Positions 8,514-14,388 of a stretch of DNA of 14,388 nucleotides are shown here, piece by piece. The notes beneath the pieces are model-generated. The model worked only from the letters and a program-made list of their open reading frames with translations, was not told the origin of the DNA and ran no database searches. The stretch spans positions 1 to 14,388 of the forward strand of contig CAVXZB010000067.1 in NCBI GenBank assembly GCA_963765895.1, given 5' to 3'. Every line of letters begins with the position of its first letter. The first letter of the stretch is position 1. This DNA comes from an uncultured Nitrososphaeraceae archaeon (GTDB taxonomy: Archaea; Thermoproteota; Nitrososphaeria; Nitrososphaerales; Nitrososphaeraceae). The position numbers and the translations under genes were made by a program.

Positions 8514-8909
8514 TTATCTAAAATTAACAAGATTCTCAACTTCGAAGAATTTCAACCTACCACGATACGGAGTCGGACTTCGAAATCTGTGTGCATTCTT
8601 CACCATGAATCCATACTCACAAAAACCAAATTTCTTTATATTCGTATAATGTTTATTTTTGTCTTTTTCAAGTTCTGCTTTGCTTTTATACTGTTTGACA
8701 TTATATAATAATGCCGTCCCTATAATTGTCCCATGTGTGAGCATCTTATAATTGATACCTAAAGATTTCAATCTTTCTTTATCGACATTTTTTGAAGCAT
8801 GTATCAGGAATTTTCCTCTAAATGTTGTATTCCAATTTCTCAGTTCTATAGTCCTTTTTCCTAATACCAAAAGTTCGGCATATGGTTGTTTTAGTGATAA
8901 GCATTTCAT
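8514..8909 (-). CDS. ASCH domain protein (PUA-like fold)
   Basis: Begins MKCLSLKQPYAELLVLGKRTIELRNWNTTFRGKFLIHASK, then GTIIGTALL and PYRGRLKFF. ATG 8909 is a better start than 8927. Confidence 0.9.
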   Translation of the reverse strand: MKCLSLKQPYAELLVLGKRTIELRNWNTTFRGKFLIHASKNVDKERLKSLGINYKMLTHGTIIGTALLYNVKQYKSKAELEKDKNKHYTNIKKFGFCEYGFMVKNAHRFRSPTPYRGRLKFFEVENLVNFR

Positions 8910-9104
8910 GTGTGCAATGCGAATCATCTAACCAAAAGGTTTGTTTTTAGTAGAGATTTGTCAACTACAACTACTTAACTTACATGTTTTTGAATCTATT
9001 ACCATTATTCCAGACTATTCGATCAATGTTGATTGACGTATAGTATTTGAAAATGCATAGAGCTAAACTTTAAGAGGAGATTAATGCATTACTTGAGATA
9101 AGGG

Positions 9105-9527
9105 TTGCATAAATGCGAGATCGAACAAAGGAGACGAAAAGTTGCAACTCTGCTAGCCCAGTCAATGAACGAAACCGAGATAGCACTTGAACTTAAAGCA
9201 GACCAATCAACAATAAGCAGAGATGTGAAAGCGCTCAAACTAATATCTCAGCGATTCGTATTTGATCTAGCAAAGTCTGATTTAGCATATTATTACAAAC
9301 AATGTATCGATGGAATAGAAGAGGTTAGAAGGAAAGGCTGGGAGATATTCAAAGGTCAGAACAATAATAGCAACCTAACACCAAAAGACAAACTTTTAGC
9401 TTTAAAAGTAATAAGAGAGTGCAATGAAGCCAAATTTGCTTTGTTTAAGGAAGGCCCATCAATTATGCACATAAAGTCATTAGAGGAGAGATTAGAAAAT
9501 ATTGAATCTAGAGAGATCAATCAATAA
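9105..9527 (+). CDS. Helix-turn-helix DNA-binding protein with a helical C-terminus
   Basis: RRRKVATLLAQSMNETEIALELKADQSTISRDVKAL is a clear HTH, followed by amphipathic helices and a C-terminal coiled coil. Confidence 0.8.
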   Translation: MHKCEIEQRRRKVATLLAQSMNETEIALELKADQSTISRDVKALKLISQRFVFDLAKSDLAYYYKQCIDGIEEVRRKGWEIFKGQNNNSNLTPKDKLLALKVIRECNEAKFALFKEGPSIMHIKSLEERLENIESREINQ

Positions 9528-10290
9528 TCTCTCTAAAAGGATTGAAAGATTAGATTCTACTAATGGCGATGGCAATGATTCAAACCACTGGAGAGGTAAA
9601 GAAATAATTCCATTAAATGATTGGATTCAATTTAGAGGAACACCCTACGCGCTACAATATTTTCCCGATGATTTCGACAATATTCAGACGTTTATACCAG
9701 ATAGTGAACTGAAAAGTAGTGATGAACAAACAAGGAAATGGCATTCTGATTATTTGGACTTGATGGAATATAGAAGGAATCCAAATTATGGTAAGACAAA
9801 GTGTTTTCATTGCTTGTTAAGTCCTGATGGAGACGACCCAATATTCATTGGTATTAATAGATTAGTTGCCAAAAGACTAGAAAATAAAGATGTTAATACC
9901 TTACCAGAATATCCATGTCGTATAGCAAACAGATTTGAATGTCCTTATGATTGTAAAAAAGGAAAACCATCTAATGCAAGATTTGATGTTAATGATCTGT
10001 TTGACTTGGCTGAAATGGCTTTTGCAGTAGAGATTGCATTAGCCGTAGCTCGAAAAGAGACTTCTGCTTGTCAAATAAAAAATAAACTTGATCTGTATCA
10101 AGCGTTAACAAATCGAGAAATGTTTGATATGGTGCTGGAACAAGGACTTGATTACATATTGTCTGATAAAGAGACATTTGATGATACGTCTAAATTCGAC
10201 CAATTACAGAAAGATAACAGGGGTAAAATTGTGGATTATTTTATGAATCTTACAGGTAAGATAAAATTGGAAGAATTAAGATTTTATTAA
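9502..10290 (+). CDS. Hypothetical protein with a possible Zn-binding Cys cluster
   Basis: 262-aa ORF overlapping the HTH gene by 26 nt; contains KCFHC and YPCRIANRFECPYDC. Confidence 0.7.
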   Translation: MNLERSINNLSKRIERLDSTNGDGNDSNHWRGKEIIPLNDWIQFRGTPYALQYFPDDFDNIQTFIPDSELKSSDEQTRKWHSDYLDLMEYRRNPNYGKTKCFHCLLSPDGDDPIFIGINRLVAKRLENKDVNTLPEYPCRIANRFECPYDCKKGKPSNARFDVNDLFDLAEMAFAVEIALAVARKETSACQIKNKLDLYQALTNREMFDMVLEQGLDYILSDKETFDDTSKFDQLQKDNRGKIVDYFMNLTGKIKLEELRFY

Positions 10291-10511
10291 TATATTTGAT
10301 TTCATTCATTTATGTGTCATTAATATTTCGCTAAAGATTTATGATTGACATCTAGAGAATATAGGGAATATAGAGATTGCAGAATTTCATTTAGTCTATA
10401 ATATTTTTGATATCGCCTATTTGAGATCACCAATTCAAAGTATGGAATTCCAGAACTTGTTGTTACTATTAATGAAATGAAAATCGTGTATCCATAGTCG
10501 GCCGAAATCGT

Positions 10512-11869
10512 TTACTGATCGTCTTTATCCACTTTCTTCACTTCTCTTATTACCAAGTCTAGGTATTTTTTCAAACCCTTTTCATCTATTTCTAGCAGTC
10601 GTTGTTGCTCCGCATCAATCTCCAACAGATTTTTATCCTTTGAAATTTTACTGACGGTTTTTTCAATTTCACTCTCCATCTCTGCATGTCCTATTAAGCG
10701 CAACAGCCTTGATTCAACAGCGTGTTTGTATATAGATTTGCGCAATTCATTATTCGCAGACACGAGTATTGCTGAATTGTAAATTCCTAGCAGCATCAAA
10801 AATGATGCCATAACTAATACAGTTATAGTCGCAATTCCGAAAGGAGGATAAGGTGCAATAATTTGCGACGCTGCCTGATTTGCGCTAAATATTAAAAATA
10901 TACCCCATCCAGAAATAAACATGTATGCTCTAATATTTCTTTCATGGCTTACTATTCTAGATATCTTCCAAAATGCTACTCCAAAAAGCAATCCTCCAAT
11001 GGGTTTGCTTAGCGATATAAGTGCGGCTATCACTATGGAAACAGTTACTGGATCGACTGCGAGGTAAGAACTTAAAAAATTGGCTAAGAAAAACTGATAG
11101 AAAAATGTTATCAAAAAGTAAACAAGTGGTGTAGACAATATAACCCAATACACTATAGCATTAACTAATTTCTCCCTGTAAGAGTTCATCAAAATCGCTG
11201 TTGTAATCCATATACTGAAAAATGCTACAAATGAAGAAATTCTGTAGACATTCTCTAATGATTGATGTTTACCACCAGATATATCTGCAGAACTTCCAAC
11301 ATATTCCGTAGCCGGATTTGGTCTATCGTTTACCTTGACTGCTATAAAAGCTCTGTCATAACTAAATTAAAAGCGATCCCTAACATCGCTATAAAATACA
11401 ACAAGACTATTCGACTATGGTTGGATTTATACCAGGAAAAGAATGACAATGACAAGAATATTATGAGAACTCCAGCAATTCCATAACTTAATAAAATTAT
11501 GGAGATACTTGTAGACGTGTAGTAGTAAGAATAATAGAACATCTGGAATATTGATGCCCCTATCAAGCAGCCAATAAACCTAGCGAAGCTTTGAAAACTA
11601 TATAGAAAACTTTGACTTTTGAATGACTTTTTTAACTGGTTACTTGCAAATGAGTTTTCGACATAATTTATTAAAAAGTATTGTAAAATCAAGATCAGCG
11701 AACTGTTAACAGCAAATAATATCAACTTGCTCTGCATTGGAATAAAGAATTTATCAACAAGATCGTTTATCTTGACAACTGAAGTATCGATTAATACAGT
11801 AGCTATAAGAACGATCATAAGAATATGAAATTTCTTACGGCTAAATGACTTTACATGTTGAATCTGCAA
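10512..11869 (-). pseudogene. Polytopic membrane protein (~10 TM, ~450 aa) with a charged cytoplasmic C-terminal tail, split by a frameshift at 11352-11353
   Basis: ORFs 11342-11869 and 10512-11192 join: after ...FNLVMT a 2-nt codon leads into AFIAVKVNDRPNPATEYVGSSADISGGKHQSLENVYRISSFVAFFSIWITTAILMNSYREKL, which runs without a stop into the second ORF. About ten hydrophobic segments by eye. Confidence 0.8.
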
Positions 11870-11922
11870 GTTTGATAATGCTCTTTCGACATTAATCTAA
11901 AGCCCAACATAATCCTTTTGTA

Positions 11923-11938
11923 TTAGACAATTGACTAA
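11923..11938. promoter_or_regulatory. Near-perfect 16-bp palindrome TTAGACAA-TTGACTAA in a 78-bp divergent intergenic region
   Basis: Arms pair at 7/8; the repeat ends 9 nt before the TTG at 11948. Confidence 0.4.
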
Positions 11939-11947
11939 GATGATATC

Positions 11948-12655
11948 TTGAATAAGGTAATATTTTCATTTGTTACAACATCTGTTTTGTCTCTTTTGCT
12001 CTTTTCTACAATATTGACACCAGTTGCAGCTTTGGATACTGTAAATATTTTTCCTCCAGGTGGGAAACCATATGGTTTAACATATGCAGATCACATTGAA
12101 AACTTCTGGAAATGGGCACTAAAGATTCCAGCCAATGAAAATCCTGTTAACGATCCTACAGGGGTGAAGTGTGCTACAGGTCAGGAAAATACAAATTCAC
12201 CGATCTTTTACTTGGCTCCTAATAATGGAGGCACATCGCAAAGAGTATGTAAAGTGTCCGCTGGAAAGGGCCTCTTTATACCAGTAATGCCGATGGAATC
12301 TTCTGATAAGGAGCTTCCGAAGGCATCAGTAGCTGATTTGTCTAACTCTGCAAAGAGTGACCAAGATCACGTTAATAGTTTGTATCTTAAGATAGGCGAT
12401 AAGGTGTATAACTTCCAAGACCTTGACAAGTATAGAACTCACACGGATGCCTTTGATGTAGTCTTTCCTGACAATGGAATCTTTGGTGTTCTGAAAGGCG
12501 GTGTATCTAAAGCTGTAGCCGATGGTCGTTATATAATAACTGAACCGCTTGCAAAGGGCACATACCCGATTCATTTCAAATCTAGTCTAATTGACCCATC
12601 TAACCCAGATACCAATTATGCCCAAGATGTCACATATAAGATAATTGCACAATAA
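11948..12655 (+). CDS. Secreted hypothetical protein of an uncharacterised family
   Basis: Sec-type signal peptide MNKVIFSFVTTSVLSLLLFSTILTPVAA. Mature domain has KPYGLTY..FWKWALKIP..NPVNDPTGVKC..PIFYLA..RVCKVSAGKGLFIPV..AVADGRYIITEPL and two Cys that could form a disulfide. Confidence 0.85.
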   Translation: MNKVIFSFVTTSVLSLLLFSTILTPVAALDTVNIFPPGGKPYGLTYADHIENFWKWALKIPANENPVNDPTGVKCATGQENTNSPIFYLAPNNGGTSQRVCKVSAGKGLFIPVMPMESSDKELPKASVADLSNSAKSDQDHVNSLYLKIGDKVYNFQDLDKYRTHTDAFDVVFPDNGIFGVLKGGVSKAVADGRYIITEPLAKGTYPIHFKSSLIDPSNPDTNYAQDVTYKIIAQ

Positions 12656-12929
12656 ATAGAGTGGTTTGGACTTCAGATGTGTGTTCTGCCCACGATTTAT
12701 TTTATTTTGGTTTGAAGGTGACTTTGGCCAGCAAGGATATACTCCGGAGTCTTGACATAGTTGTAGTTTCTGCCAATACGATATTACATTTGACCTTGAT
12801 TTATTATTGCCTACAACACAATAAAAGATTCAGGCCTATAGACTAAAACGTGTATAATTGTCACTAACTAACATAACTTTAGCGACTAAACATAAGAAAG
12901 TTATATTAAGATGGTGACAGAAAAGTTAA

Positions 12930-13550
12930 ATGATATTGCTTACCCGAGCTAAAAACCATTATACTTTTCCAAATGTAGATGATGGGATTAGTTCATTTTA
13001 TCATTCTTATAGTAACAATGGTGATCGCCTCCGAGATCAACACTATCTTCCCGAGTCTTCATCTCCCTCACTCATTGATCCTAATTACCCACAAAATCAG
13101 GGATCAAACTTGGTTAGCATCACAGAAACGGAAGCAAAAGTATCTCCAAAACCGCCATTTATCAAAAGGATACTTCTCGTAGATGATGATCCTGATGTTA
13201 CATTAACTTTCAAAGCTGGTTTAGATGGTTATAATTACGGCGATGGTGACAAGAGGAGAAGATTTGAAGTATACTCATATAATAATCCCATATTGGTAGT
13301 AAAAGAATTCAAACCACATTTTTATGATCTTCTTCTAACCGATATTTATATGCCACACATGAATGGTTATCAGCTATACGAAAAGATATTAGAATTAGAT
13401 GTTAACATTAGAGTATGTTTTATGTCTGCATTAGAAGTAAATGTTGAAGCTCTAAGAGAAGTATATCCTAATGTAAGTTTGGGATGTTTTATCGAAAAGC
13501 CAGTATCAATAAAATATTTAATTCAAAGATTATCAGCAGAATTAGATTAG
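12930..13550 (+). CDS. Response regulator receiver-domain protein with an N-terminal low-complexity extension and no output domain
   Basis: RILLVDDDPDV, phosphoacceptor in LLLTDIYMPHMNG, VCFMSA and FIEKP are all present. The start codon is uncertain. Confidence 0.9.
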   Translation: MILLTRAKNHYTFPNVDDGISSFYHSYSNNGDRLRDQHYLPESSSPSLIDPNYPQNQGSNLVSITETEAKVSPKPPFIKRILLVDDDPDVTLTFKAGLDGYNYGDGDKRRRFEVYSYNNPILVVKEFKPHFYDLLLTDIYMPHMNGYQLYEKILELDVNIRVCFMSALEVNVEALREVYPNVSLGCFIEKPVSIKYLIQRLSAELD

Positions 13551-13880
13551 TGGTAGTAATAACACTTACACCTAGTGCTATGACGATGTTTGCCAAAGTG
13601 AATTTCACTAGTGAACAAACAAATGAATTCCAACCTTCGATTTAACTTTATCAAATATCACAGCCGAGAATTTATATTCTTGTGGTAATTGAACCATGTT
13701 TATTATTTGTCTATATTATTGTATATTAATCTAAAAATAGATATCCTGTATATTTAGTCTTATGCTCCAATATTTAATGTGTATTGAGACTGGGATTGTA
13801 GAAATCTATTCTGGCATTTCATACCTTGCAAGTTATATGACTAGTCAAAAATGCTTTGCATATATAGACAGGTCATAGAA

Positions 13881-14258
13881 ATGTCAAAAAGGATTCTGGT
13901 TGTTGATGATGAACCTGATGTTAACATAGTATTACACAAGGTGCTAGAGAAAAACGGTTTTATCGTTGATTCATATGAGAATCCACTTCTTGCTTTAGAT
14001 AACTTCAAACCTCATTACTATAATCTATTAATCCTTGACATCAAGATGCCAAAAATGAGTGGTTTTTCTTTTTATAGAGAGATTAAGAAACTGGATAAGC
14101 AGATGAAAGTGTGCTTTCTTACAGCTGGAGAGATGTATCCTGGGGCATATTCTGACATATTTTCTTCACTTCCTGCCAACTGTTTTATTCGCAAGCCTAT
14201 AACAAATGACGAGCTCTTAGAACATATAGACCGAATAATGTATGGTGGGCGCGAATAA
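13881..14258 (+). CDS. Single-domain (CheY-like) response regulator
   Basis: MSKRILVVDDEPDV, LLILDIKMPKMSG, VCFLTA and FIRKP. ATG 13881 is preferred over 13851. Confidence 0.93.
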   Translation: MSKRILVVDDEPDVNIVLHKVLEKNGFIVDSYENPLLALDNFKPHYYNLLILDIKMPKMSGFSFYREIKKLDKQMKVCFLTAGEMYPGAYSDIFSSLPANCFIRKPITNDELLEHIDRIMYGGRE

Positions 14259-14388
14259 TTATTGTTAATATGGATACTGGACGGATGAATAAAAGAAGGA
14301 GATTTCTTAATTTGAAAAGATGGCATACTGATAAAACTAATCATTCCGGGGCGACGGCATTAAATCGCCTTATCTTTACCTCTCGCTG

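Noticed and set aside
9989-13182. Small ORFs 9989-10177, 10957-11148, 11262-11486, 12326-12574, 12661-12846 and 12979-13182
   Set aside because: Most overlap better-supported genes in another frame or strand; 12661-12846 is intergenic but has no motif or supporting signals.
14072-14388. Minus-strand ORF 14072-14344 and a GGCGA...TCGCC hairpin near 14350-14369 as a possible att site or tRNA end
   Set aside because: The ORF is largely antisense to the response regulator. The hairpin lacks tRNA motifs and lies too near the window edge to assess.
1-14388. CRISPR array, rRNA, complete tRNA or integrase
   Set aside because: No regularly spaced repeats, no extended GC-rich structured RNA region and no tyrosine or serine recombinase motifs were seen.

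Overview
AT-rich archaeal accessory region. Its gene content and protein style point to a soil ammonia-oxidising archaeon (Nitrososphaeraceae); this is inferred from protein families, not from a marker gene. From left to right it holds a PsbP-like exported protein, a HutX/ChuX-like protein divergent from an LLM-class oxidoreductase, a decayed cupredoxin-like gene, small Cys-rich ORFs and a frameshifted PPOX-class (F420-type) oxidoreductase. Next is a complete 952-bp IS5-type element with 17-bp inverted repeats but no target-site duplication. It cuts off the 5' end of an MCM/AAA+-like helicase gene that probably belongs to an integrated mobile element remnant (helicase, ASCH, HTH, Cys-motif protein). 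The right end carries the most interesting block: a ~10-TM membrane protein with a cytoplasmic helical tail (split by a 1-nt frameshift), head-to-head with a secreted protein and followed by two stand-alone receiver-domain response regulators, with no histidine kinase in the window. This may be an undescribed sensing module. Small indels disrupt several genes, so either pseudogenisation or assembly error is present. No rRNA, complete tRNA or CRISPR array was seen.
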